DNA from: Promethearchaeota archaeon
Lineage (GTDB): Archaea; Asgardarchaeota; Hermodarchaeia; Hermodarchaeales; Hermodarchaeaceae
Direction of reading: 5' to 3'
Assembly (NCBI GenBank): GCA_048939625.1
Contig: JBHLPH010000001.1
Span: 128,001-192,000 of the forward strand
Length of the DNA stretch: 64,000 nucleotides
The notes under the pieces are model-generated. The model did no database searches, was not told the origin of the DNA, and was given only the letters and a program-made list of their open reading frames with translations. Both the position numbers and the translations under genes were made by a program. This document shows positions 49,461 to 60,135 of this stretch, in pieces (positions within the stretch are counted from its first letter, which is position 1; each line of letters begins with the position of its first letter).

Positions 49461-49534
49461 GATTCTTCACCCAAGCGCACTCGTCGCACATAGCACTATA
49501 GCATAAGCCTTTTGGAGTTTCTGCAATCTTCAAA

Positions 49535-50452
49535 TTAACCGATTGGCCAGTAAATATCCTCAGAAGCTGTAGTCGCTACAGCTAAATCTCGCATTAGCAT
49601 CATCAAGGTAAATATATCGTAGTTGATGCCCTCACCGATGGTTACAAACCGCTGGGATTCACTGACAAATGCTCTTTCTGGCAACCAATCAGATGGCCAG
49701 GAGGGAACCGTTTCAATTTGAATCAGAGTTTTCTTGAGTCCATCAGCATAAGTGACGATGAGTGGCACAGTAGGGAGATGGAGTAGATAAATTTCGGGTC
49801 GAAGTATATCATCAATCCCGCTTCTTACAACTTGTAAGGGAGGAAAGAATCGTTTACCAACCTCTCTTTCAATTGGGAAAGGAAGTAGTTGTTCGAGTGT
49901 GGCTACATCACGTTTACTTATCGATCTAGTTTCTAGGGATTCCCGCAGAAGTACAGCAGCAGTAATTAGATTGTTCGGTTTGGTGACATTAGCAGGTAGA
50001 GTGGGGGCAGGTCCTCGGAATGCATTGAACGCATCTTTGGGATTGAAGCCTTCAGGTGTGATTCCGGGATGGTGTGGATTCAGGGTTAGCCACAATGCAA
50101 ACGGGAGAATTGGTGGTTGCTCGGTGAAAATTGTGAGTTTGAGTTTATTGGAAAATGGTCGTGTCAGATAAAGGGTATCAAAAGGATTCGTTGAAGAGAG
50201 AGGAACCACTAGAGTATATCCACCGAAATCAATAAGTTCGGGGGTTTTTCCGCGCATTTCCAAATCCACTGAAGCCTCTGAGTGCGTCTTGATCCGTTCG
50301 AAGGCATTGGGCATGAGTAAGAGATGTGGCTTTCCCTTTGCGTAGGGTTTAAGCTGCTTAAGAAGCGAGGAGAGAAGTTGGATATGTTGATCAGTAGCAA
50401 ACTGGTCTAAGAGGGCGAATAATTCTGGCTCCTGACTCCGTAAGCTTTCCAT
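49535..50452 (-). CDS. Hypothetical protein
   Basis: 305-aa ORF following aor on the same strand. Confidence 0.65.
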   Translation of the reverse strand: MESLRSQEPELFALLDQFATDQHIQLLSSLLKQLKPYAKGKPHLLLMPNAFERIKTHSEASVDLEMRGKTPELIDFGGYTLVVPLSSTNPFDTLYLTRPFSNKLKLTIFTEQPPILPFALWLTLNPHHPGITPEGFNPKDAFNAFRGPAPTLPANVTKPNNLITAAVLLRESLETRSISKRDVATLEQLLPFPIEREVGKRFFPPLQVVRSGIDDILRPEIYLLHLPTVPLIVTYADGLKKTLIQIETVPSWPSDWLPERAFVSESQRFVTIGEGINYDIFTLMMLMRDLAVATTASEDIYWPIG

Positions 50453-50490
50453 GGTTGTTTCCTACTTGGATTCGCTGGAATCCTTTGTTC

Positions 50491-52326
50491 TTATAAATCA
50501 GCGAGTCCAACAGCTTTAAGGGCAGCGGATGATGGGCGACCCGTTTTTCGATCCCAGTCTCGATATGCATAGTAATCATCAAGTTGCTTCTCAAGATTGG
50601 GCACCATACCTCTAGTGCCTCCATCGGGGAGAGGTTGAAGTAGCAGTTTTGGAAGGCAATCATCCTCAGGTTTGAATCCAAGGTTCAGATTAATGAGGCG
50701 TTTAAGGGTGATAATACGATCTCCAATATGAAGCAGCTCTTGGGGAGTTGTTTCTCGATCCACTACCAAACTATAGAATTGAGCTATTTCATCGACCGTA
50801 AAAGTGGGGAATTGGCAGATAATCAAGGAGTTGGAGACTTGACGCCAGCTCTGAGATTTTGCCGCAATTTCACCCATACCTTCATCTGTTTGAGGATCAT
50901 CTGCGTCGATATCGAGCTCTAATTGCACTTGGCCTTGCAGGACCATGTACATATCGCCATCCAAGTGAGTTCCACCCCGTGGACTTGTTGCATAACTGGT
51001 AGCCATGCCGAAGAGCGCTCGTGGGTCCCAACAGGACACTTCTAATCCTTTCACATGGACAGCGAGATCTGCAGCATCGTAGCGTTCACCCATTGAACGG
51101 ACTCCCTCTGCAAGGATATCACCAAACCCTTCTCGATGAGCAATTTGCTTGATTAATTCGATAACAGGTTCTGGATTTCCCCATTCAAGTAACATACCTA
51201 CTTCTTTAGGGGTGAGTTTGTCTAGCTCCATGAGATAATGGGCAAACCCGATGCAATTTCCAGTACTAATGGTGTCTAATCCCAGATCGTCACAGAGATG
51301 ACTCGCCATAAGTAGAGCATCTAGGTCATCGATGAGAATCATCGACCCCAAGGCACCAAGTGTTTCATATTCAGGACCTGAGACTCTGGGTAGCTGATAT
51401 TTGCCTCTAGGTACTTCGACGACGCGACCACATTGAATGGGACACCGGTGACACCCATCCCGACCAACTAGCCGCGTTTCAGATATCGTTGCCCCGCTGA
51501 TGTTATCATGCGTAGGGAATTCCCCTTGGGTGAAATACTTGTTCGGCATGGAACCAATTTCCTGTGATGGTCCAACTGCGGTAGCTGTACCCATCAGTCG
51601 GTAGCAGTCAGGCATGAAATCTTCTATCATCACCTTATTTGCGGACCTGGCAAGTTCTATAATAGCATCATGATTAGCCACAGGAACGGGTTGATTTCCT
51701 ACCACTGCCAGGGCTTTGAGATGTTTACTCCCCATTACGGCTCCTAGTCCCATTCGACCTGCAGCGCGACCTCCCTCGGACATGATATTAGCGTATTTTA
51801 CCATGTTTTCGCCAGCGGGACCAATACTGAGTGTGAAAAATCGTTTTTCGTTGATGTCCTTGCGTAAGAGTTGTTGGGTGGAGGAAATGGTATGGGACCA
51901 AAGATGGTCTGCTGGTTTGAGTTCAGCTACGCCATAGAGTATTGAGAGATAGGTGGGTTTCTCTGCACGTCCTTGGATAAGTATTCCATCGTAACCTGCT
52001 TGTCGCATTTCAGCACCGAAATAACCACCGATATCTGCTTCGCCCCAAAGACGTGTGAGTGGTGAACGAGCGCAGATGGCCATTCGTCCAGAGCTGGGTA
52101 CGGCTGTGCCCCCAAATGGACCTGCCATGAGAAGTAATGGATTTTCATGTCCTAGTGGGTCTGTATCAAGTGATAGGAGTGGATATAGAATTCTTGCAGC
52201 TAGTCCTGCGCCCCCGATAAAATCGTGAGTCCAGTCCAAAGGCGTTGGCATGTCTGATGTTGCACCTTTTGACAAGTCTACCTTTAGCATCTTACCTGTG
52301 AACCCGAACCCCTTTGTAATTATCAA
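50491..52326 (-). CDS. aor: Tungsten aldehyde:ferredoxin oxidoreductase family
   Basis: IGPAGE, GR.GLGAVMGSK.LKA, CHRCPIQC, EYET, DDLGLDTIS. Confidence 0.95.
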   Translation of the reverse strand: MIITKGFGFTGKMLKVDLSKGATSDMPTPLDWTHDFIGGAGLAARILYPLLSLDTDPLGHENPLLLMAGPFGGTAVPSSGRMAICARSPLTRLWGEADIGGYFGAEMRQAGYDGILIQGRAEKPTYLSILYGVAELKPADHLWSHTISSTQQLLRKDINEKRFFTLSIGPAGENMVKYANIMSEGGRAAGRMGLGAVMGSKHLKALAVVGNQPVPVANHDAIIELARSANKVMIEDFMPDCYRLMGTATAVGPSQEIGSMPNKYFTQGEFPTHDNISGATISETRLVGRDGCHRCPIQCGRVVEVPRGKYQLPRVSGPEYETLGALGSMILIDDLDALLMASHLCDDLGLDTISTGNCIGFAHYLMELDKLTPKEVGMLLEWGNPEPVIELIKQIAHREGFGDILAEGVRSMGERYDAADLAVHVKGLEVSCWDPRALFGMATSYATSPRGGTHLDGDMYMVLQGQVQLELDIDADDPQTDEGMGEIAAKSQSWRQVSNSLIICQFPTFTVDEIAQFYSLVVDRETTPQELLHIGDRIITLKRLINLNLGFKPEDDCLPKLLLQPLPDGGTRGMVPNLEKQLDDYYAYRDWDRKTGRPSSAALKAVGLADL

Positions 52327-52367
52327 TTTCTTTCCTCCATTACAGTGGATTCTGGCTAGTTTATTCC

Positions 52368-53537
52368 TTAGAAGTCAATTGGTTTGCCTTCAAAGAGATG
52401 GTGCCAGAACCGTTCAATGTCTTCATTTGTAGGCTCGCGACAATTGAAGATATTGACTGCTGATTCCTGTGTGAAGCGAACTAAATCGTCATAGTTATTT
52501 TCGAATTTCTCTTTTGAGATTCCATACTCTTTCAGGCTAAGGGGGGCTTCCAGTTCTTTCATCAGTTTCAAAACAGCATCTCGAAGCTTGATAGTTGCAG
52601 TTTTATCGTCATCAGTTTGGCTTGCGGTTCCTATTGCGCGGGACAATTCACCATACAGATCTGCGCTGGTTTTCATAGCGTATTCGATGGAATAGGGGAG
52701 AACCATTCCGACTGTTATGCCGTGGGGAATTTTGAAGACTGCACCCATTGCATGACCAAAGGAGTGAGTGATTCCGAGGAACGAATTACTCCAAGCGAGC
52801 CCGCAAATAGAAGCAGCATTATGTAATTTCTCACGAGCCTCAGAGTCATCAGGATTTTCATATGCCTTCGGAAGATACTCGAAAATCATACGCACCGCAT
52901 GAATACACAAACCATTACTGAAATCGTTTCGCCATTGCACCGTATATCCATCAATGGCTTGAGCTAAAGCATCCATACCCGAAGAAGCGGTGACTTTTGG
53001 CGGCATGGATTTGGTCAGGCTAGGATCTAAGATTGAAATATAGGGCATTAATTCGGGATGAGTGAGTTCCATTTTATTTCGATCTTTTGTATCAGTGATA
53101 ACCGCAGCCCAGGTTGCATCAGAACCAGTCCCAGAGGTTGTGGGAATAGCAATTAATGTCGTTTTACTCACAGATATGGTGGTGAGCGGGGTAATATCGA
53201 TAATTGGGTGATCTGGATGTTCATTAAGAATCCGAGACACTTTGGCGACATCGATTACGGATCCACCTCCTAATCCGATTATCAAATCTGGATTAAATTC
53301 ACGTACTTGTTTCGCACAAGCTTGTGCAACGTCATCGGGAGGTTCGGGAGTTACTCCATCAAAGAAAGCGACTTCTTTTCCACTCTCTTTTAACTTCTGC
53401 AAAACTGTATCTAAGAATCCCAATTTAACAATAGTTTTGTCTGTGACGACAAAGGCGCGCTTTCCTTCAATTTCCTTCAGGTGGTCCAGCGCATCTTCAC
53501 CAAAGACAATAAGGCGAGGACAACGGAAATACCACAT
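52368..53537 (-). CDS. Iron-containing alcohol dehydrogenase
   Basis: GGGSVID.AK, PTTSGTGS, GMDAL, HSFGH, PHG. Probable start ATG 53537 (ORF opens at 53588). Confidence 0.92.
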   Translation of the reverse strand: MWYFRCPRLIVFGEDALDHLKEIEGKRAFVVTDKTIVKLGFLDTVLQKLKESGKEVAFFDGVTPEPPDDVAQACAKQVREFNPDLIIGLGGGSVIDVAKVSRILNEHPDHPIIDITPLTTISVSKTTLIAIPTTSGTGSDATWAAVITDTKDRNKMELTHPELMPYISILDPSLTKSMPPKVTASSGMDALAQAIDGYTVQWRNDFSNGLCIHAVRMIFEYLPKAYENPDDSEAREKLHNAASICGLAWSNSFLGITHSFGHAMGAVFKIPHGITVGMVLPYSIEYAMKTSADLYGELSRAIGTASQTDDDKTATIKLRDAVLKLMKELEAPLSLKEYGISKEKFENNYDDLVRFTQESAVNIFNCREPTNEDIERFWHHLFEGKPIDF

Positions 53538-53665
53538 ATCAACAACCTCTATGGATTCATGCACGAGTCTAACGTGCACTCTACGCAAATCTATATCACA
53601 TATTCAATTCCAGTAGAAAAGTGGATAGGATAGGGAACCTTTTTCCAATGTTTACAGACCGAAAT

Positions 53666-54073
53666 TTAAAATTCAGTTTTAATCATCTGCGCGGTTCGAA
53701 CCAGTTCTTTGGCTGCACGTGTTGCCCGCATAACTTTGGCTCGATCACCGGTTAGTTTCATTTTACGAGTAAGAAGAGCTTTGATAGGATCAAGTCGACC
53801 TTCAATAATGTGCTGCCAATTTGCCAATTCACCCTCGTAAATGAAGGCGGTATCTTTGGTGTCACGGTTTGGTAGCAAAGCATGCTCACGGCATTTACCA
53901 TGCCATAAATCCATCCACATCACAATTTCTTCATCAATTCCAGCGTCCTTGCTAGGCCACACAATAAACAGAAAATCGCCTTCCCAAGTTTCAGCTGCTT
54001 CTGCATATGCTTGATTGTCATTCAAGGTCTTTACAAACTGTTCAATCCATTCGGGCGTACCAAATTGCACCAT
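53666..54073 (-). CDS. SCP2 lipid-binding domain protein
   Basis: W.DLWHGKC, G.LDP.KAL...KMKL.GD. Confidence 0.85.
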   Translation of the reverse strand: MVQFGTPEWIEQFVKTLNDNQAYAEAAETWEGDFLFIVWPSKDAGIDEEIVMWMDLWHGKCREHALLPNRDTKDTAFIYEGELANWQHIIEGRLDPIKALLTRKMKLTGDRAKVMRATRAAKELVRTAQMIKTEF

Positions 54074-54216
54074 TATCGTTCACCAGGTTCAGCAAGAGTA
54101 TAGAGGAGATAGATGAAGACGTCTTTATATTCTGTCTTTTCGTTCAAAGAATTTCGCCCAAATGGCTTAAATCCAAGTTTCAAAGAAGTTGCCCTGCAAT
54201 TGAGTGTGAAATTACA

Positions 54217-54990
54217 ATGCCAAAATATACACTAGTTCAAATTTCAGATTTACATATTGGTGAAGCCGGATATCGCAAAGACATGATTGTAACCGCAATT
54301 GACGAAATCAATAAATTGAAACCCAACCTGGTCATGGTATGTGGCGACCTTACATGGAATGGTGTCCGCGAACAATTCTTAGAAGCGCGAGATATCTTAC
54401 AGAATCTTGATTCGCCAGTGATCTATACCATGGGAAATCATGATGCTTCGAATGTTGGTTACTTGACCTTTGAAGAACTGTTTGGTCCTCGTTTTTCTGA
54501 ATACCATGACGATACTGTCTTTCTCATGGCTGCAGACAGTTCAGAACCGGATTTAGATACTGGTCATATCGGCAGAGAAGGCCGGAACTTCATTGACAAG
54601 GCCTTTTCTGATGTGGAAGATGGATTACTAAAAATCCTGGCTTTGCATCACCATTTGGTTCCCGTTCCTCGGTCAGGTCGAGAGCGCGACAGCATGGTTG
54701 ATGCGGGAGATATGCTCGAATTGCTAATGCATAAAGGAGTAAGTCTAGTTCTCAGTGGACACCGACATTACCCCTGGGTTTGGCGGCTTGAAAACATGGT
54801 TTTAGTCTATTCAGGAACCTGCGGGAGCTTGCGTGTACGTGGGAGCCCGGGCCAGAATTACAACATCATTAATATCGGTAAAAACACAATTGACATCTCC
54901 ACCAAGCTTATAGGTGGCCCAGGACGTCGACGGGGACGCTACCGTTGGGGCAAACGTGGAATAATCTCACGGAGTAATCACTCACCCTAA
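54217..54990 (+). CDS. Calcineurin-like metallophosphoesterase (CpdA-like)
   Basis: SDLH, GDLT, GNHD, HHH, SGHRH. Confidence 0.9.
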   Translation: MPKYTLVQISDLHIGEAGYRKDMIVTAIDEINKLKPNLVMVCGDLTWNGVREQFLEARDILQNLDSPVIYTMGNHDASNVGYLTFEELFGPRFSEYHDDTVFLMAADSSEPDLDTGHIGREGRNFIDKAFSDVEDGLLKILALHHHLVPVPRSGRERDSMVDAGDMLELLMHKGVSLVLSGHRHYPWVWRLENMVLVYSGTCGSLRVRGSPGQNYNIINIGKNTIDISTKLIGGPGRRRGRYRWGKRGIISRSNHSP

Positions 54991-55004
54991 AGGGTGGGAG
55001 GCAT

Positions 55005-55382
55005 ATGGTGGATTTTTCCAATATTTCGGGAGTAGTCTTGTATACATCGGATATGAATCGAGCCCTAAATTTTTACACTAAAGTTTTGGGATTTGAAGTA
55101 GTTAAAATAGAATCAGGGTTTGTTACCCTTCAATTACAGAATATGAAGCTCTACTTACATCATGCTGAGAATCCTCCGGGGGAAAAAGGAGCATCGCTGA
55201 AAATCCCGCAAGTTTCATTCAAAGTTGATGATATTAATGCTGCGTTTCAACACTTACAACAAGCTGAGGTCAAGATAACCCGTGGGATTGTTAAATACAA
55301 TCCAACCACGTATGTGTTCAATTTTCTTGATCCTGACGGAAATTCGCTAGCGTGTGAAAGTAACACACGCAAAATGGGATAA
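55005..55382 (+). CDS. VOC/glyoxalase family protein
   Basis: FYTKVLGF, F.VDDI, FLDPDGN. Confidence 0.9.
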   Translation: MVDFSNISGVVLYTSDMNRALNFYTKVLGFEVVKIESGFVTLQLQNMKLYLHHAENPPGEKGASLKIPQVSFKVDDINAAFQHLQQAEVKITRGIVKYNPTTYVFNFLDPDGNSLACESNTRKMG

Positions 55383-55396
55383 GTACTAATCTGCCC

Positions 55397-56383
55397 TTAG
55401 TGAGCTTTGATTTCAGCGAGTAAAGCGGGATCAAGGTTCATTCCACTAGCGATAACCGCGATTGTGTCCTCTTTCTGGATGGGTACGCGTCTTTCTAATA
55501 AAGCAGCAATGCCCACAACACCCGCTGGTTCGAGGATTTGTTGTTCATGGTCGAGGGTCCATCGAATTGCCTGTCGTAGCCCCTGTTCTTTAACAAGAAC
55601 CACATCATCGATATGCTTCAGACCAATATCAAGATTCAATTGAGCTGTATTTCCCGCCAAACCATCGGCAATTGTGGATTCCACAGGAACATGGAATAAT
55701 CGTCTTTTATGGAAATTCTCATAAAATGCGCGAGTAGCGGTGGTTTGAACCCCAATGACTCGAATCGTTGGATCAACAGTTTTAACCCAAAGTGAGATAC
55801 CTGAGATTAGTCCACCTCCACCGATAGGAACAATAACAAGACTGGTTGCAGGAAGGTCTTCTAATAATTCGTAACCCACAGTGCCTTGGCCCGCAATGAC
55901 AAGTGGATCAGCATATGCGTGAATGAGTGTAAGTTCTTTCGACTCAGCGTACTCAACACTGAAAGCAGCAGCTTCATCATAGTTGGTTCCATGTTCCAGA
56001 ATGGTTGCTCCATACTCTTTGCATTTCGCCAATTTCAGTGGGGAGGCACCTTGCGGTACAACAACAGATGCGGGGATATTCAATTGCTGGGCGGCAAAAG
56101 CGACCGCTAGTGCGTGGTTACCAGTAGAGGCAGTAACAACGCCTTTTTTTGCAAAAACTGATGGAAGAGCAGCAATCTTGTTATAGGCTCCACGCAGCTT
56201 AAAGACTCCAGTAAGTTGTTGGCTTTCCCATTTAATAAACACGGACGTATTCGCAATTTTACTGAGAGCTGGTGAAGATTTAACAGGTGTGCGTTTCGTG
56301 ATGCCAGCCAAACGCTTGCGAGCCTGGAGAATCATCTTAGGTGTTACTGAAAGAGTGGAAGCAGAAGGAGAAGTCAAATTCAT
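55397..56383 (-). CDS. PLP-dependent threonine/serine dehydratase (no ACT domain)
   Basis: TGVFKLRGA, ASTGNHA, PIGGGGL, TIADG. Confidence 0.9.
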   Translation of the reverse strand: MNLTSPSASTLSVTPKMILQARKRLAGITKRTPVKSSPALSKIANTSVFIKWESQQLTGVFKLRGAYNKIAALPSVFAKKGVVTASTGNHALAVAFAAQQLNIPASVVVPQGASPLKLAKCKEYGATILEHGTNYDEAAAFSVEYAESKELTLIHAYADPLVIAGQGTVGYELLEDLPATSLVIVPIGGGGLISGISLWVKTVDPTIRVIGVQTTATRAFYENFHKRRLFHVPVESTIADGLAGNTAQLNLDIGLKHIDDVVLVKEQGLRQAIRWTLDHEQQILEPAGVVGIAALLERRVPIQKEDTIAVIASGMNLDPALLAEIKAH

Positions 56384-56502
56384 TTCACCTATCGATAAGG
56401 AAGACCCCTTCGTGAAGATAACGATTTCTTAGCAAGGATTTTATGTTTCTGCTCGGGTACGATTGTTTATAAGTCTGCATTTTCGTTATTGGAACGCAGA
56501 GC

Positions 56503-56988
56503 GTGACCCCTATGTCCCGAGATGAAATTCAACAGAAACTCCATTGTCGACGGTGTGGTCGTCCACGAATTGTGAACCGCGTGAGTAAACCCGCATCCAA
56601 TAAAGTGAAACTCTACATGTCGTGCCCCGTTCACACTAGTCAGGTATCCTATTCTATGCCCCTTAGCCAATATGAAGAAGTAAGTGACCTCGTCCGAGAA
56701 CACGTGTTCTTATGTAAAAAGTGCGGACAACCTGTTGAGATTGTCGGTCAACGCGCGGGGAAGCTTACAACGAAGCTCAGTATTCAGTGCCCTGAACACG
56801 GTAGTGGTGAGCGTAAAGTCAATAACTCGCTTCTCGATCCCATCCTTTCGGCTGTACCAGCATCATCCACTAGCAAAGCAACACCAGCTACGTCCTCTAC
56901 CACAGCGAAATTCTGCCCAAGTTGTGGCTCACCAGTTCCCACCGCAGAAGCTAGATTTTGTCATCACTGTGGAGCTTCCCTAGAATAA
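56503..56988 (+). CDS. Multi-zinc-finger protein (2x CxxC..CPxH + double zinc ribbon)
   Basis: CRRC..CPVH, CKKC..CPEH, CPSC..CHHC. Confidence 0.75.
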   Translation: MTPMSRDEIQQKLHCRRCGRPRIVNRVSKPASNKVKLYMSCPVHTSQVSYSMPLSQYEEVSDLVREHVFLCKKCGQPVEIVGQRAGKLTTKLSIQCPEHGSGERKVNNSLLDPILSAVPASSTSKATPATSSTTAKFCPSCGSPVPTAEARFCHHCGASLE

Positions 56989-57044
56989 CTCTGAAAAATC
57001 AGATCCTAGCGCCGGGGATAAGAGAATATGATAGAAGTCCGTCG

Positions 57045-57833
57045 CTAGGTTTGACTTCTTTTTGGTGGAAAGATCTTTCTCGCTGAGGTTACATACCCTG
57101 TATGTCCAATCATCCGGGTAGCAGGACGGGTTTTTCCAGGGCGCACAAGAATTTCACGTTCAATAAGTTCACGGGTCATGATTTCTGTGAAATGAGACTC
57201 GTACAAAGCATCAACCGTACGCTGAGTCTGCTCAATGGTCGGAGAGAAGGACACCAGAACACCTCCACCTTGAAGCGCTGTATATGCGAGTGGAACGACA
57301 TCCCAGGGTACAGCCATATCCAACACAACTGCATTAACCTCAGTTTCCTCAATTCCCTCAAGGATATCTCGCTGCTGAATCGTGATTACCTTGGTCAAGC
57401 CCGCTTTCCCAATATTCTTCTGTGCTTCTTTGGCAAAATCATCGCGGACCTCATAAGAGAAGATATGACCATTGGGTGCCACATGAAACCCGAGAATCGA
57501 AGTCAGCGCACCGCTGCCTGTACCCGCTTCTACAACCCTGGAGCCAGGTCCGATACCAGCTAGAAGCAGAATCAAGCCAGCATCCTTGGGATAAACAATA
57601 TTGGTTTGGCGACCCATTTTGATCGCCTGATCCCGTGGCAAGGGAGGAAGCGCCGCGATATATGTGCCAAGGCTGGTTGAAATAAGACTGCCATAAGGTT
57701 GCCCAATTACTTGGTTAAAGTCTAAGATACCACGGTGGAGGTGAAACGACTTACCTGCCTCCACACGGAGGAGCCAATGGCGACGCGCATCAAGGTAGAA
57801 GAGAACTTGATTACCATCTTGAATATTCGTCAA
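57045..57833 (-). CDS. trmI: tRNA (adenine-N1)-methyltransferase TrmI/GCD14
   Basis: IVYPKD, VEAGTGSG, LDM..PW, SFSPTIEQ, HTGY. Confidence 0.93.
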   Translation of the reverse strand: MTNIQDGNQVLFYLDARRHWLLRVEAGKSFHLHRGILDFNQVIGQPYGSLISTSLGTYIAALPPLPRDQAIKMGRQTNIVYPKDAGLILLLAGIGPGSRVVEAGTGSGALTSILGFHVAPNGHIFSYEVRDDFAKEAQKNIGKAGLTKVITIQQRDILEGIEETEVNAVVLDMAVPWDVVPLAYTALQGGGVLVSFSPTIEQTQRTVDALYESHFTEIMTRELIEREILVRPGKTRPATRMIGHTGYVTSARKIFPPKRSQT

Positions 57834-57981
57834 GGGTATCCACCAACGTGCCTTACACTCCTTTCCTTTTCAGCCTTCTGCCCTTGTAATTCAAGTTGCC
57901 GTAGAAAAATCAAAGTTTGAGAAAATGATAGGAAACTGTTAAAGGCGTTCTTCCGTATGTCTGAAGACAGGAGGAAGCAAT

Positions 57982-58971
57982 GTGGCAGCACAGCCAATTG
58001 AAACCATGACTGCGCTTAAGTGCCAATCCTGTAACGCCCCCCTCACAGTAAGTCCTGATGATGTGATCATCGTTTGTGCATACTGTGGTTTTACTTCGAC
58101 AATCGAGGGAGAAAAGGTCGAAAATCATTTCGTCCTAGAACCCACGATGAATGCAGGTGAAATCCGTGATACAGTCACCAAGTGGGTCGGGCGAGGTGGC
58201 AAAGCCCGTGTGACAGAGTCACATCTGCGATTCGTCCCCTTCTGGGTAGAATCAATGCATGCGTTTACCTCATATCAGGGGTATAAGAAGCACACCGAAA
58301 CGGAGTACTACACCGATTCGCAGGGTAAACGGCGTTCACGAACGAAAATCGAATATGAACCCATCCAAGGGCAATTCAACGAAAATCGTTCCGTGAATGT
58401 TTTATGTCGACGAGGTGCCACCTTCTATAGTCTAGGTGAACTGGATAAGGCACTGCATGTGACTAAGAGGGGAATCCAGCCCTTTGATTATAATGCTATC
58501 ACGGCTGTTGAATCAAAACCTCTCTTTTTGAACAGCGAACTAACCGACGCCGATGCCTATGAGATAGCCGAAACTTTTATCGCCCAAGATCACCGCAGCC
58601 GTGCGGATGCTAGGGCAACAGAAATCTGGGACTGTCATAGCCGGATTAACAAAACTGGTGCATATCTGCTGCATGTCCCTCATTGGCTAGTACGCTATCG
58701 ATTTGGCAGCGAAACCTATCGTGTCGGTATTGACGGTCACACTAAAAAAATCTTGAAAGGGGAAGTTCCCATTTCAGGCAGCTTTCGGGGAGCGATGTTC
58801 TTCTTGAGTATCATTGCAGTACTCTTGGGAACTATAGGCACCTATTTTGTCGCTCAAATCCTCGGCTCTGAATATGCACTATTCTCGCTAGCGTTAGTCG
58901 TTGTCGGTTTAGCGCTTGGTGTCGTTGGAACCCAACAAAGCTTCAAAATGAGTGCTGAGAAACGAGGGTAA
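57982..58971 (+). CDS. YdjG-like zinc-ribbon membrane protein (paralogue 1)
   Basis: CQSC..CAYCG, FVPFW, VP.W...Y.....IDG..G..P, two C-terminal TM. Confidence 0.7.
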   Translation: MAAQPIETMTALKCQSCNAPLTVSPDDVIIVCAYCGFTSTIEGEKVENHFVLEPTMNAGEIRDTVTKWVGRGGKARVTESHLRFVPFWVESMHAFTSYQGYKKHTETEYYTDSQGKRRSRTKIEYEPIQGQFNENRSVNVLCRRGATFYSLGELDKALHVTKRGIQPFDYNAITAVESKPLFLNSELTDADAYEIAETFIAQDHRSRADARATEIWDCHSRINKTGAYLLHVPHWLVRYRFGSETYRVGIDGHTKKILKGEVPISGSFRGAMFFLSIIAVLLGTIGTYFVAQILGSEYALFSLALVVVGLALGVVGTQQSFKMSAEKRG

Positions 58972-58993
58972 TCAAAGAAAAAAGGTGAAAAAA

Positions 58994-59986
58994 ATGCCAA
59001 CAAAACACTGCCCGAATTGCGGGGGAGGAATGAACGTCCACCCCACGGACACTATTTACACCTGCCCTTATTGCGGAACCAGCTTTACCCCTGAAGGTTC
59101 CCAGATGAAAGAGCATTATGCTTTATCGGTCAACTACACTCAAAGTGATGCTCTGGATACACTCAAAGCATACTTAGTGAAGGTTCCCGGAGTCGCAGAT
59201 GATCTCGCAGAACAAATCCAGCTAAAAGATCTCTCGATGACGTTTTACCCCTATTGGACCGTTACAGTTCAAGGTGATGTTTCCTATAAAGGAATTGATA
59301 AGAAGGCTTCGTTTCGTGGTCAATCAGGTGGTCGATATTCAAGCATCCACTGGGAATGGGTTGCAGAATCAGGGCACCAAGAACAAACCCGTCAAATTCG
59401 TTTATACGCGGGTCCTAAAACGCGTCCAGAAATAACGAATTACCCAATTGCAACCCGGTCACGTCGTTACTTCAACCTTGAAGAAGTAAAGCAATATACC
59501 GGTAGCGTCTTATTCTCCAAAGTCTCTGAGGAGACAGCTAAGGAACAAGCCATTACAGCAACACGCAACATGATTTACTCTCGTATAAAACGAGAAACCG
59601 AAAAAATTGATGATGCCCGAGAAACCTTCCAAGTGACAGATCAAGCGTACATCCACGTTCCAATCTACCACATCAAATTTTCTGTGGGCGGCGGAAAAAC
59701 CTACGAAGCAGCCCTCGATGCTTCCAATGGACGAGTTATCTACTCTCAGATTCCCACCACAACTGGCTTTAAAGTTCAAACCATTGGAATGTCCTTACTA
59801 TGGTTCTTACTCACCATCGGTGGCGCTGCTGTGACATATCTAGCTTATAGCGGTATTCCACTACTCGGACTCACACCCGAATACCTCTTATACGCTGGAA
59901 TTGGACTCACAATCATTCCACTTGTCTTAGCGTTAATGACCATTTATTATGCAAGGCGAAAAACCGCCGCTGAGCGTGCACAATAA
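58994..59986 (+). CDS. YdjG-like zinc-ribbon membrane protein (paralogue 2)
   Basis: SD AGGTGA; CPNCG..CPYCG, FYPYW, HVPIY...LDASNG...P, two C-terminal TM. Confidence 0.7.
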   Translation: MPTKHCPNCGGGMNVHPTDTIYTCPYCGTSFTPEGSQMKEHYALSVNYTQSDALDTLKAYLVKVPGVADDLAEQIQLKDLSMTFYPYWTVTVQGDVSYKGIDKKASFRGQSGGRYSSIHWEWVAESGHQEQTRQIRLYAGPKTRPEITNYPIATRSRRYFNLEEVKQYTGSVLFSKVSEETAKEQAITATRNMIYSRIKRETEKIDDARETFQVTDQAYIHVPIYHIKFSVGGGKTYEAALDASNGRVIYSQIPTTTGFKVQTIGMSLLWFLLTIGGAAVTYLAYSGIPLLGLTPEYLLYAGIGLTIIPLVLALMTIYYARRKTAAERAQ

Positions 59987-60135
59987 TTCACATATACCGC
60001 ACTTGTAGTCGCTAATGCTCAATAAGCAGTGGATACCATCCGCAGTTATGTCTCAATCAAACCCAACAAGCAAATCGATTCCTCTGGCGAGATTTTATAA
60101 GGTCTCAACCCAATGCCTAGATAGCGACCATCGAG

